A stretch of 46,447 bases of DNA, from contig JBNKHE010000013.1 in NCBI GenBank assembly GCA_050290185.1, positions 1 through 46,447 on the forward strand, read 5' to 3'. Positions 17,237 to 26,528 of this stretch are shown here, in pieces. Every line of letters starts with the position of its first letter. Position 1 is the first letter of the stretch. The notes under the pieces are model-generated. The model saw nothing but the letters and a program-made list of their open reading frames with translations, searched no databases and had not been told where the DNA came from. This DNA comes from Pontiella sp. GTDB lineage: Bacteria > Verrucomicrobiota > Kiritimatiellia > Kiritimatiellales > Pontiellaceae. Made by a program: the position numbers and the translations under genes.

Positions 17237-18826
17237 TCAGGACAGGCAGTCGGCCATGTCCGCTTCAACCGTGGTGGTCGGTGCAATGTTGAAGTTGTCG
17301 ACGAGGACCTGGAGCACGGTCGGAGTGATGAACGCGGGCAGACTTGGGCCTACCTTGATGTCCTTGATGCCGAGGTGCAGCAGGGTGAGCAGGATGCAGA
17401 TGGCCTTTTGCTCGTACCAGGAGAGCACCATGGAGAGCGGTAGGTCGTTGACGCCGCAGTCGAACGCGCCGGCGAGGGCGACGGCGATCTGGATGGCGGA
17501 GTAGGCGTCGTTGCACTGGCCGATGTCGAGCAGGCGCGGAATGCCACCGATATCGCCGAACTCAAGCTTGTTGAAGCGGAATTTACCGCAGGCCAGCGTG
17601 AGGATTGCGCAATCATCCGGCACTGCTTCGGCAAAGTCGGTGTAGTAGTTGCGGCCGGATTTAGCGCCGTCGCAGCCGCCGATCAGGAAGAAGTGCTTGA
17701 GGGCGCCGCTCTTGACGGCATCGATCACCTGCGGGGCGACGCCGAGGACGGCGTTGTGGCCGAAGCCGGTCAGGATGGTTTTTTCCTCTTCGGTTTCCTT
17801 GAAGCCTTCGGAGGCCAGCGCCGCCGCGATGACCGGAGCAAAGTTTCCGTCGTCAATGTGCTCTACGCCCGGCCATTGGACGAGGCCGGAGGTGAAGATG
17901 CGGGCCTTGTAGTTTTCCTTCGGCTTCTGGATGCAGTTGGTGGTCATGAGAATCGCGCCGGGAAAGGCTTCGAACTCGGCACGTTGATCCTGCCATGCGC
18001 CGCCATAGTTGCCGACGAGGTGCGGGTATTTCTTCAGTTCCGGATATCCGTGGCAGGGAAGCATTTCGCCGTGTGTGTAAATGTTGATACCCTTGCCTTC
18101 AGTCTGCTTAAGCAGCAGCTCGAGATCCTTCAGGTCGTGGCCGGAAACGAGGATGGCCTTCCCTTCGACCGGCGTGATGCGGACCGGGGTGGGGACGGGG
18201 TGGCCATAGGTGCCGGTGTTGGCGGCGTCGAGCAGGCCCATGACGGTCAGGTTGACTTCGCCGGTCTTCAGGGCGTAGCCGACGAGCTCGTCGACGGTCG
18301 GGGCCGGGTTGAGCAGGAAGGCGAGCGCTTCGTGGAAGAAGGCAAAAACGGAGTCGTCTTCCTTTCCGAGTACGAAGGCATGGTCCGCGTAGGCCGCCGT
18401 GCCCTTGAGGCCGTAGAGGATCAGTTCCTGCAGGCCGGTGACGTCTTCGCCGAGGGTGGTCATGCGGCTTTCTATGCCGACTTTCTCGCCCTGGGAGATT
18501 AGACCGTCGATATCGCTGGGCAGTTCCCATTCGCCGCCGAGTTCCTTGAGCAGGGCCACGCCGCGGGAAATGATGCCGGCAATGTCGTTGGGGTCGAAGT
18601 TGACGTTGGTGACGGTGGTGAAGAGGCCTTCCATGACGAAGAGATCGGCCTCGCGGGTGGCCTGTCCGGCCTGGCGCTTGGCGTGGGCCTTTTCAGAAAT
18701 CTTCTTGCAGACTTGCACGAGCAGGTCCTGCAGGGCCGCGGTTTCGGGATCCTTGCCGCATACGCCGAACGAGGTGCATCCGGTGCACTGGCTTGTTTGT
18801 TCACATTGGTAGCAAAACATGCTCAT
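17237..18826 (-). CDS. hcp: Hydroxylamine reductase / hybrid-cluster protein
   Basis: MFCYQCEQT..C..C..VCGK, SGHDL, THGEMLP, GGCDG, GQCNDAY, SWYEQKA. Confidence 0.98.
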   Translation of the reverse strand: MSMFCYQCEQTSQCTGCTSFGVCGKDPETAALQDLLVQVCKKISEKAHAKRQAGQATREADLFVMEGLFTTVTNVNFDPNDIAGIISRGVALLKELGGEWELPSDIDGLISQGEKVGIESRMTTLGEDVTGLQELILYGLKGTAAYADHAFVLGKEDDSVFAFFHEALAFLLNPAPTVDELVGYALKTGEVNLTVMGLLDAANTGTYGHPVPTPVRITPVEGKAILVSGHDLKDLELLLKQTEGKGINIYTHGEMLPCHGYPELKKYPHLVGNYGGAWQDQRAEFEAFPGAILMTTNCIQKPKENYKARIFTSGLVQWPGVEHIDDGNFAPVIAAALASEGFKETEEEKTILTGFGHNAVLGVAPQVIDAVKSGALKHFFLIGGCDGAKSGRNYYTDFAEAVPDDCAILTLACGKFRFNKLEFGDIGGIPRLLDIGQCNDAYSAIQIAVALAGAFDCGVNDLPLSMVLSWYEQKAICILLTLLHLGIKDIKVGPSLPAFITPTVLQVLVDNFNIAPTTTVEADMADCLS

Positions 18827-18893
18827 GATAACTCTCCTTGGTTGGTTGTTGTTCAAATGATGCCGCCATTGTGCACATCATCAAAGGTGAAAC

Positions 18894-18909
18894 CTTGACG
18901 CAGGTCAAG
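18894..18909. promoter_or_regulatory. Crp/Fnr-family (HcpR/Dnr-like) box upstream of hcp
   Basis: CTTGAC-GCAG-GTCAAG palindrome with the FNR-type TTGA-N6-TCAA geometry, about 70 bp upstream of the hcp start. Confidence 0.7.
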
Positions 18910-18951
18910 AAGCGCGAAAAAACAAGGAAAATACCACGGAGTGCGGAACAC

Positions 18952-18980
18952 TTGACCTTCGGTCAGGGCTCCGTTAGCTT
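18952..18980 (+). promoter_or_regulatory. Probable sigma70 promoter of lepA
   Basis: TTGACC-17 nt-TAGCTT. Confidence 0.55.
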
Positions 18981-19033
18981 GTCCGATCGTTTTTTGAGGC
19001 TACAATCAACCGGAAGTAAAATTACGCAACTGT

Positions 19034-20839
19034 ATGAACGATCTTAGTTTAATCCGAAATTTTTCCATTATCGCCCACATCGACCATGGCAAATCGACGC
19101 TGGCCGACCGCATGCTGGAACTTACCCATACGGTGGAACAGCGTAAAATGAAGGAGCAGTTGCTCGATTCCATGGATTTGGAGCGCGAGCGCGGCATTAC
19201 CATCAAAGCCCATCCGGTAACGATGAAGTACAAGGCCAAGGATGGTAAAGTCTACACCTTCAACCTGATCGACACCCCCGGCCACGTCGACTTTTCCTAC
19301 GAAGTTTCCCGCAGCCTGCAAGCCTGCGAAGGCGCGATTCTTGTGGTTGATGCCTCTCAGGGCGTGGAGGCCCAGACGGTATCGAACACCTATCTGGCCG
19401 TGGAGAACGGGCTTGATGTCATTCCCGTGCTCAACAAGATTGAGATGCCCAACGCCGATGTCGATGAAGTGTGCCAGCAGATTGAAGACATCCTTGCGAT
19501 CGAGGCCACCGATGCCCTGCAGATCAGCGCCAAGAAGGGGGTTGGTATCGAGGATGTGCTGGAGGCCGTGGTGACCCGCTTCTCTCCGCCGAAACCGGCC
19601 CAGGACCATTTTACCCGTGCCCTCGTGTTCGATTCGAAATACGACGCCTTTCGCGGCGTTGTCGTCTATATGCGTTTGTTCAGCGGTACGTTGAAGGCGG
19701 GTGACAAAGTGCGCGTGATGAGCACGGAGCAGGACTACGAAATCAAGGAAGTTGGTGTTTTTACGCCCGGGATGGTAAAGCGAAAACAGCTGGACGAGGG
19801 GTCCGTGGGCTATGTCATCGCCAATATCAAGGATGCTTCGGAGATCCAGATCGGTGATACGCTCACCCTGGCAAAGATGCCCGCCCAGGATGCACTGCCC
19901 GGTTTCAAGGAAATCCACCCCATGGTCTTTTCCGGCATCTATCCGGTGGAGACGAGCGATTATGAAAAGCTCGGCGCCAGCATGGACAAGCTTCGGCTGA
20001 ACGACGCTTCGTTCTCCTTCCAGGCGGAATCCTCAATTGCGCTGGGATTTGGTTTTCGCTGTGGTTTCCTGGGATTGCTTCACATGGAAATTATCATGGA
20101 GCGTCTGCGGCGTGAGTATAACCTCGATATCATTTCTTCGTATCCGAATGTGGTCTACCGGGTCGTGATGAAGAACGGCGATGTGTCGGAGATCGACAAT
20201 CCGTTGCATTTGCCTGATATGAGCAATATCGAGCATATCGAAGAACCCATGATCAATACCACGATCATTTGCCCGACGGATTATCTGGGCGAAATGATGA
20301 AGCTGATCATGGAGCGGCGAGGGGAGATCACCAAGACCGACTCCATTGATGGTCACCGTGTGATGCTGTCGTGCTATATGCCGTTGAATGAAGTCCTGAT
20401 CGATTTTTACGACAAGCTCAAGACCATCAGCCGTGGCTATGCGTCGATGGATTATGAATATGCCGACTACCAGCAGTCCGAGCTGGTTAAGATGGACATC
20501 ATGATCCATGGCGAAGTGGTTGATGCCTTTTCGAGCATCCTGCACCGTTCCAAGGCGGAGTTCCGGGGGCGGCAGATGTGCAAATCGCTGCTCGATGTGA
20601 TTCCGCGCCAGGCGTTCGCCGTGGCCCTGCAGGCTGCCGTCAACGGCAAGATCATTGCCCGGGAAACGATCCGTGCCTACCGCAAGGATGTGACGGCCAA
20701 ATGCTACGGCGGCGATATTTCGCGTAAGCGAAAGTTGCTAGAGCGTCAGAAGGAAGGTAAGAAAAAGCTCAAGAAGATCGGCAAGGTGAATATTCCGCAG
20801 GAAGCGTTCATTGCCGTTTTGAAAACCAATAGTCAATAG
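19034..20839 (+). CDS. lepA: Elongation factor 4
   Basis: IAHIDHGKSTLADR, RGITIK, DTPGHVDF, GFRCGFLGLLH, KCYGGD. Confidence 0.99.
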   Translation: MNDLSLIRNFSIIAHIDHGKSTLADRMLELTHTVEQRKMKEQLLDSMDLERERGITIKAHPVTMKYKAKDGKVYTFNLIDTPGHVDFSYEVSRSLQACEGAILVVDASQGVEAQTVSNTYLAVENGLDVIPVLNKIEMPNADVDEVCQQIEDILAIEATDALQISAKKGVGIEDVLEAVVTRFSPPKPAQDHFTRALVFDSKYDAFRGVVVYMRLFSGTLKAGDKVRVMSTEQDYEIKEVGVFTPGMVKRKQLDEGSVGYVIANIKDASEIQIGDTLTLAKMPAQDALPGFKEIHPMVFSGIYPVETSDYEKLGASMDKLRLNDASFSFQAESSIALGFGFRCGFLGLLHMEIIMERLRREYNLDIISSYPNVVYRVVMKNGDVSEIDNPLHLPDMSNIEHIEEPMINTTIICPTDYLGEMMKLIMERRGEITKTDSIDGHRVMLSCYMPLNEVLIDFYDKLKTISRGYASMDYEYADYQQSELVKMDIMIHGEVVDAFSSILHRSKAEFRGRQMCKSLLDVIPRQAFAVALQAAVNGKIIARETIRAYRKDVTAKCYGGDISRKRKLLERQKEGKKKLKKIGKVNIPQEAFIAVLKTNSQ

Positions 20840-20877
20840 AGACGGTCGAACGACCGGGTTTTGCCCGAAGGAACAGC

Positions 20878-22002
20878 ATGACTGGAAAATTTAAGCAAAG
20901 AAAGTTGCGCAAACTGTTGAAGGAATACCTGCATGCGGCCCAGCATGCGCGCAACATGCGCGAGGATATTGCCGATCCCAAGGATCTTGCTGCTCTGGAT
21001 GCTGCGGAAGAGGTGGTGCGCAAGATCAGCGAAACGGGAGAAGGCAACCTTGAAAAAGCGATCGAAATCCTCGATGCCGCTACCGATAAGGTTTATCCAT
21101 CGTCATACCGGCGCGGGGTCCGCGAAAACGTCGAGGTGGTGATTGTCGCTCTCGCGGCCGCCATGGCCATCCGGGCCTTCTTTTTTCAGCCGTTCAAGAT
21201 CCCGACCGGATCGATGCAGCCGACCCTCAACGGCATCACGGGTGAGACCCATGCGGGGTCCGGCATCATGGATCGCCAGCCCCTGCGGTTTGTAAAGTGG
21301 GTTCTGACCGGGACGACCTATCATAAAATGGCTGCAATGACCTCCGGGCGACTGGATGGTTCGCTGCGTCGGGATGGAGATTCCTGGAAGTTTAATCTGG
21401 GAGGTGTTGAACACCGGATGTCCGATTATATGTTCCGCGCATGGATGGGGGACGACGATACGATCCGGGGATGGTACAAGAAGGTTTCCGAACGGCATTT
21501 CTATGAAAAAGGGGAACCCATATGGGAGGGGTATAAAATTGCCGGCGACCATATCGTGGTAAACAAGATGAAGTATAACTTCATGAAGCCTGAGCGCGGG
21601 GACATCTCCGTATTTGACACCCGCAGCATCAAGCACGAGCAGGTGCGCAAGGATACTTTCTATATCAAGCGGATGGTCGGACTGCCCGGCGAAAAGATCC
21701 AGATTCAGAACCGGCACCTGGTGGCCGACGGTAAAATCATCGACGACCCGCCTATTTTCAAAACCATCGACACCGACCCTATATACAGTGGCGGCCATGA
21801 TATTGCCGAGGGAAGTCTACTCGACTCCGAGGATGCATTTATTCAATTGGCCGATAATGAATATTTGATGATGGGGGATAACACGAAGCCCAATATGAGT
21901 CTGGACGGGCGGTTTTTTGGCGGGGTGCCTCGCCGGGATTTCCAAGGGCCGGCGATGTTCGTTTACTGGCCCTTCCGGTCACATTGGGGCGTTGTTCATT
22001 AA
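20878..22002 (+). CDS. lepB: Signal peptidase I
   Basis: IPTGSMQPTL (Ser), YIKRMVGLPGE (Lys), MMGDN..SLDGRFFG; follows lepA. Confidence 0.95.
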   Translation: MTGKFKQRKLRKLLKEYLHAAQHARNMREDIADPKDLAALDAAEEVVRKISETGEGNLEKAIEILDAATDKVYPSSYRRGVRENVEVVIVALAAAMAIRAFFFQPFKIPTGSMQPTLNGITGETHAGSGIMDRQPLRFVKWVLTGTTYHKMAAMTSGRLDGSLRRDGDSWKFNLGGVEHRMSDYMFRAWMGDDDTIRGWYKKVSERHFYEKGEPIWEGYKIAGDHIVVNKMKYNFMKPERGDISVFDTRSIKHEQVRKDTFYIKRMVGLPGEKIQIQNRHLVADGKIIDDPPIFKTIDTDPIYSGGHDIAEGSLLDSEDAFIQLADNEYLMMGDNTKPNMSLDGRFFGGVPRRDFQGPAMFVYWPFRSHWGVVH

Positions 22003-22028
22003 ACCATGTTTTTTGCAGGATTTGCGGG

Positions 22029-22056
22029 TTGACTTAGGATCATCCCCCGCTATTAT
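22029..22056 (+). promoter_or_regulatory. Probable sigma70 promoter of rpsT
   Basis: TTGACT-16 nt-TATTAT. Confidence 0.6.
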
Positions 22057-22111
22057 CCGACTCTTCTTTCCCAGAAACAGGAACAAATTTGATTAAACGG
22101 AGTAATTTAAT

Positions 22112-22381
22112 ATGCCGAATCTGAAAAGCGCCAAAAAGAGAATGCGCCAGAACGTGGTGCGTCATGATCGCAATTTGCAGATCCGCACGCGCATCAAAAC
22201 CGCACGTCGTGCGATGATGGAAGCCCTGGAAGCCGAGAATGCCGAAACAGGTGCAGAGGCACTGCGTACGTACAGTTCGGTTCTCGATAAGGCCGCCAAA
22301 GCGGGTGTGATCAAGAAGAACACCGCGGTTCGTCGCAAGACCAATGCGGCCAACGGTCTGCGCAAGATTGCTTCTGCCTAG
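22112..22381 (+). CDS. rpsT: 30S ribosomal protein S20
   Basis: MPNLKSAKKRMRQ...DKAAKAGVIKKNTAVRRK. Confidence 0.98.
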   Translation: MPNLKSAKKRMRQNVVRHDRNLQIRTRIKTARRAMMEALEAENAETGAEALRTYSSVLDKAAKAGVIKKNTAVRRKTNAANGLRKIASA

Positions 22382-22403
22382 AACAGGGAATCAAGCGCAT
22401 TGT

Positions 22404-22430
22404 AAAACCCGCCAGAGAGCGGGTTTTTTT
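22404..22430 (+). terminator. Intrinsic terminator
   Basis: AAAACCCGC..GCGGGTTTTTTT. Confidence 0.85.
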
Positions 22431-22550
22431 GTGTCTAGGAAGAATTCAGGGCTTACGGGGTTGAGTTTTAAACCCTGTGTGGGTTCTGTATTTGTCCGGC
22501 TCACAACCTCAGCCCTGACACCTTATCCTCTTGAAGCTGCGGGGTGCGCC

Positions 22551-23060
22551 CTACCACTGCTCGATCAGATCATCGACCATGTATTTTGCAATTTCAGCAG
22601 CGGCGTCGGGGAGTGCGTCACGTTTGGCAGAGGTGAGGTCGGACTGGAAGGGCAGGGTGGCTTCTCCATAGGTTTCCGATACGGAGACCACGGAGCCTGT
22701 GTCGGACCGTTTCAGCACGGCCTTGCCTGTTACGCGCAGGCGGTATAGTTGAGGTGTGGTTCTTTTTTTGTCCAGATAGGCGATTGGAGTCAGGTCGTAT
22801 TTTACGAGCGTGACTTCGATGATACCATCTGCCACATCGTTGGAATCGACCAGTTTCAGACGTCCGTCGAACTGGATCCGCTCCCGGAGCGCATGGGTGA
22901 CCTGTAGCTCGATCGCCGGTTCGGAGGTCTGGTTGACAACCGGTGCTACGGAGACGGTTTCAATGCCTGCGGGGCGGCCTCCTCCTAGTTGATATCCCAT
23001 GCATCCCGAAAGCAGGAGGAGGGCGGCTACACTGTTGGCTAAATAGACTGTTCTTTTCAT
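22551..23060 (-). CDS. lptE: LPS-assembly lipoprotein LptE family
   Basis: Lipobox LLLSGC followed by GYQLG; NQTSEPAIE; typical size. Confidence 0.8.
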   Translation of the reverse strand: MKRTVYLANSVAALLLLSGCMGYQLGGGRPAGIETVSVAPVVNQTSEPAIELQVTHALRERIQFDGRLKLVDSNDVADGIIEVTLVKYDLTPIAYLDKKRTTPQLYRLRVTGKAVLKRSDTGSVVSVSETYGEATLPFQSDLTSAKRDALPDAAAEIAKYMVDDLIEQW

Positions 23061-23178
23061 ATTGCGATCCAGTTAAAGCATGAGACTCTCCCAGAAAAAT
23101 GGATTTGTCAAAGCTTGATTCCGGTAGGCCCCCTGCTTACTGTGCACTCCTATTTTCAACCCCAACCGAGAGGAAACA

Positions 23179-24756
23179 ATGAAGAAGGTACTGATCCCGA
23201 CCAAGCTCAACGCCATTGCCCGCGAAACGCTGAACAAGCACGGCAACTATGAAGTCGTTCAGGACGATTCATCGGATCTTGCTACCTTGGCCTCCCAGCA
23301 TCCCGACACCTATGCACTGTTTGTCCGTTCCGAAAAAGTGACGCCTGAGATTATTGATGCCTTGCCGGAGCTTAAGGTGATTATCCGTGCTGGAGCAGGC
23401 TATAACACCATCGACACCAAATATGCGCGGTCCAGGAACGTGGACGTAATGAATACCCCCGGCGCCAATGCCAATGCGGTAGCTGAAGAGGTGATTGCGC
23501 TTATGCTGGCTGATGCTCGACATGTGGTGCCTGGTGATGCATCCACCCGCGCCGGCAAGTGGGAAAAGAAGAACTTCATGGGCAAGGAGATCACCGGAAA
23601 GACAGTCGGTATCGTTGGTTTCGGTGCGATCGGACAGCTGGTGGCCAAGCGTCTGTCTGGTTTTGATGTCAAGATTCTTGCCTATGACCCCTTCCTTTCC
23701 GATGAGCGCGCCCGCGACCTCAAGGCGGAATCGGCCGAGCTGTCGGATATTTTCGAGCAGTGCGACTATGTCTCGTTGCACATGCCGGAAAACGATGAAA
23801 CCCGCGGCATCATTAACAAGTCGCTGCTGGCCCGCATGAAAAACGGCGCTACGGTGATCAACTGCGCCCGTGCCGGCATCATCAACGAAGACGACCTGCG
23901 TGCATTGAAAGCGGACAAGGGGTTGCGCTATCTCAACGATGTCTATCCGAAGGATGAGGCGGGCGACAAGCCTGTTGCCGACATTGCCGACATCATGCTT
24001 CCGCATCTCGGTGCCAGCACGACCGAGGCGAACTTCAACGCGGCGCTGCGTTCTGCCACCCAGCTGATCGGCTACGACGACAAGGGAATTGCTTCCTATG
24101 TGGTTAATCGCGACGTTCCTGAAGGACTCGACAAGGCCTACAGCGAGCTTGCCTTTGCCCTGGCGCATCTCTGCCGCGGCATTGCCGGTGGCAACAAGCA
24201 GATGAAACTTATTGAAACCAGCTTCTACGGCGATCTCGCCAAATTTGGCGACTGGTTACTGGTGCAGATCGTGGCGGCGCTCAGCGACGACTTTGATCGC
24301 ACGCAGGGCTACGATGCAGCTCTGGAGTACCTTAAGGAGATGGGCGTTGAATATTTCAACCGCGAAACCGATACCAGTAAAGGATACGGTAATTCCATCA
24401 CCGTGGATGTCACGACCTCCGTTGATGCTGCGCATTTCCAGCGCATCAGCGTACGCGGCACTGTGGCGGAGGGCAACATGATGGTTTCGCGGGTCAACGA
24501 TTTCGACAAGCTCTACTTCGAGCCGGTCGGAACGGCCCTGCTCTTCATCTACAAGGATCGTCCAGGCGTGATCGGCCAGATCGGAAACGCACTTGCCGAA
24601 GCGGGAATTAATATCGACGATATGCGCAATCCGCACGATCCGTCTGGTGAAAATTCACTGGCACTGATGAAAATCAGCAGCAAGGTCGATTGTGAAGTGG
24701 TCGAAAAAATTGCTCAGAAGATCGAGGCGCTCCACGCCTCATGCGTGAACTTCTAA
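23179..24756 (+). CDS. serA: D-3-phosphoglycerate dehydrogenase with C-terminal ACT domain
   Basis: IRAGAGYNTID, GIVGFGAIG, NCARAG, PHLGAST, DRPGVIG. Confidence 0.93.
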   Translation: MKKVLIPTKLNAIARETLNKHGNYEVVQDDSSDLATLASQHPDTYALFVRSEKVTPEIIDALPELKVIIRAGAGYNTIDTKYARSRNVDVMNTPGANANAVAEEVIALMLADARHVVPGDASTRAGKWEKKNFMGKEITGKTVGIVGFGAIGQLVAKRLSGFDVKILAYDPFLSDERARDLKAESAELSDIFEQCDYVSLHMPENDETRGIINKSLLARMKNGATVINCARAGIINEDDLRALKADKGLRYLNDVYPKDEAGDKPVADIADIMLPHLGASTTEANFNAALRSATQLIGYDDKGIASYVVNRDVPEGLDKAYSELAFALAHLCRGIAGGNKQMKLIETSFYGDLAKFGDWLLVQIVAALSDDFDRTQGYDAALEYLKEMGVEYFNRETDTSKGYGNSITVDVTTSVDAAHFQRISVRGTVAEGNMMVSRVNDFDKLYFEPVGTALLFIYKDRPGVIGQIGNALAEAGINIDDMRNPHDPSGENSLALMKISSKVDCEVVEKIAQKIEALHASCVNF

Positions 24757-24777
24757 CCGATTCGCTCTTCAGCTGAT

Positions 24778-24808
24778 AAAAGCCGCGCATTTTTTTGCGC
24801 GGCTTTTT
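24778..24808 (+). terminator. Intrinsic terminator
   Basis: AAAAGCCGCGCA..TGCGCGGCTTTTT. Confidence 0.85.
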
Positions 24809-24858
24809 GATGCAGACGGAGCTTCCTGCTGCTGAGAGCACATATTAACCTCTGAGCA

Positions 24859-25419
24859 ATGTCCGATAAAAACACACAACCGACATTGTTGGAACTGTTC
24901 CTCGTTTTCCTGCGGATCAGTGCGGTTACCATCGGCGGTGGCTATGTCATGTTCCCTATGCTGAAGCGGGAAGTGGTTGACTCGAAGAGGTGGATTTCCG
25001 ATCAGGAGATGGTCGACTACTATGCGCTCGGCCAATCGATTCCCGGCATCATCGCCATGAATACCTCGACCCTGATTGGCTACCGCAAGCGGGGTGTGCC
25101 GGGGGCCTTCGTCGCTGCAGCTGGAATGGCGACTCCTTCATTGGTTGTCATTCTGTTGATAGCGGCGTTCCTCACTCCTTACTTTAACCTTCCGGTCGTA
25201 CAGAAGGCTTTTGCGGGTATTCGCGCGGCTGTTGTTGCCATGATTGTCATGGCGGTGCTCCAGGTCGGGAAGAAGTCGGTTGATTCCGTCGCTAAGCTGG
25301 TGATTTCCATCGGTGCTTTTCTTGCGATAGCCGGGTTGCATATTCATCCGGTACTGATGATCGTTGCCGGGAGTATGCTCGGATTGCTTCTGTTCAGGAA
25401 GGAGCCCGTGCAGGAATGA
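24859..25419 (+). CDS. Short-chain chromate transporter (CHR), first half
   Basis: TIGGGY, LGQSIPG, GYRKRG. Confidence 0.9.
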   Translation: MSDKNTQPTLLELFLVFLRISAVTIGGGYVMFPMLKREVVDSKRWISDQEMVDYYALGQSIPGIIAMNTSTLIGYRKRGVPGAFVAAAGMATPSLVVILLIAAFLTPYFNLPVVQKAFAGIRAAVVAMIVMAVLQVGKKSVDSVAKLVISIGAFLAIAGLHIHPVLMIVAGSMLGLLLFRKEPVQE

Positions 25420-25934
25420 ATATTTTTCTCCAGCTGATCGTATCCTTTTCCACCATCGGACTGTTTGCTTTTGGCGGGGGATATGCTGTTTTGTCCTTTC
25501 TTCAGCATGAGGTGGCCCGCCGCGGGTGGATGACTACCGAGCGCTTTGCCGATCTGATCGCCATTTCGCAAAGTACCCCCGGCCCGATCGCGATTAATCT
25601 CGCGACCTTTGTCGGATACGAAACAGGCGGCGTTCCGGGCGCTTTTTTCGCGACGATTGCCGTGGCCTTGCCGGGGATGATTCTCATCATCCTCTTCGCC
25701 CTGTGCTTCTTCCACTTCTACGAACGGCCGATGGCGCAGGCCGTATTCAAAGGATTGCGTCCGGCAGTCCTTGGGCTCATTGCTGCGGCGGCGTGGCAAA
25801 TCGGATGCGTGGCCCTCGTGAACTGGGTTGCAGTGGGGATTGCCGTCGCCTCCTGCCTGCTCATCGCGAAATGGAAAGTTCATCCGGTCTTTCTGGTGGT
25901 GGGATCGGCGATTGCCGGGATGCTCTTTTTTTAA
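25416..25934 (+). CDS. Short-chain chromate transporter (CHR), second half
   Basis: AFGGGY, SQSTPGPIAINLATFVG; ATGA overlap with the first half. Confidence 0.9.
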   Translation: MNIFLQLIVSFSTIGLFAFGGGYAVLSFLQHEVARRGWMTTERFADLIAISQSTPGPIAINLATFVGYETGGVPGAFFATIAVALPGMILIILFALCFFHFYERPMAQAVFKGLRPAVLGLIAAAAWQIGCVALVNWVAVGIAVASCLLIAKWKVHPVFLVVGSAIAGMLFF

Positions 25935-25948
25935 AGGAGAATACGAAT

Positions 25949-25995
25949 TTCCGCCTTCAGGCGGTCAGTTCTCAAAGCCGCCTAAGGGCGAAGTA
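25949..25995. repeat. Degenerate pair of CCGCCTTCAGGCGG-type palindromes
   Basis: TTCCGCCTTCAGGCGG ... CCGCCTAAGGGCGAA between convergent genes. Confidence 0.55.
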
Positions 25996-26005
25996 TAAAT
26001 CTCTT

Positions 26006-26527
26006 CTATCTTTCCTTTTTGTTTTTCAAGAGGTCGCTGTCGGCATCGGCAATGAGATTGTCGCAAGGCAAGGCCGCGATGCCGACGGTAAACAATACTG
26101 GAGGGACTGCGTCCCCGCTTTCCGCGGTCGATGAGGACATCGCCCCTCCTTCATATAGCCGGTAGAGGAGCTTCCGGGCGTCATTCTTGTTCGTTTCCGG
26201 GAGAATAACGGCAAACTCGTCTCCGCCGTAGCGGCAGACGATGTCGGCCTTGCGCACGGTGGATTTGAGCAGTCCCGCAAATTGACGCAATGCATCGTCG
26301 CCCGCCTCATGTCCGAAGTTGTCGTTGATGTGCTTGAAATCATCGAGGTCGAAAAGTATGAGACTCAGATCCCTTTCGTAGCGGTTGGCCGCTTCGATAT
26401 GGTCGGCGAGCGTGTCGGTGAAATAGCGTCGGTTGTAGAGTCCGGTCAGGGGATCGTGCGTGGCCTGTTTGGCCAGGGCAAGAAATGCAAGCCAAAGCGG
26501 GAGGTTGGAATCGGCTTCGTTCATCAT
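26006..26527 (-). CDS. Stand-alone GGDEF diguanylate cyclase
   Basis: DPLTGLYNRR, DLDDFKHINDNFGH, RxxD I-site (RKAD), YGGDEF. Confidence 0.93.
   Translation of the reverse strand: MMNEADSNLPLWLAFLALAKQATHDPLTGLYNRRYFTDTLADHIEAANRYERDLSLILFDLDDFKHINDNFGHEAGDDALRQFAGLLKSTVRKADIVCRYGGDEFAVILPETNKNDARKLLYRLYEGGAMSSSTAESGDAVPPVLFTVGIAALPCDNLIADADSDLLKNKKER
26099..26149. repeat. GGAGGG...CCCTCC palindromic element, in frame in the GGDEF gene (opposite orientation)
   Basis: Homologous to 14445-14499; read as GGAMSSSTAESGDAVPP. Confidence 0.8.
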
Positions 26528-26528
26528 G

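Noticed and set aside
22446..22518. TCAGGGCT / AGCCCTGA inverted ends downstream of rpsT
   Set aside because: Only 8 bp perfect with a weak interior; cannot be assigned.
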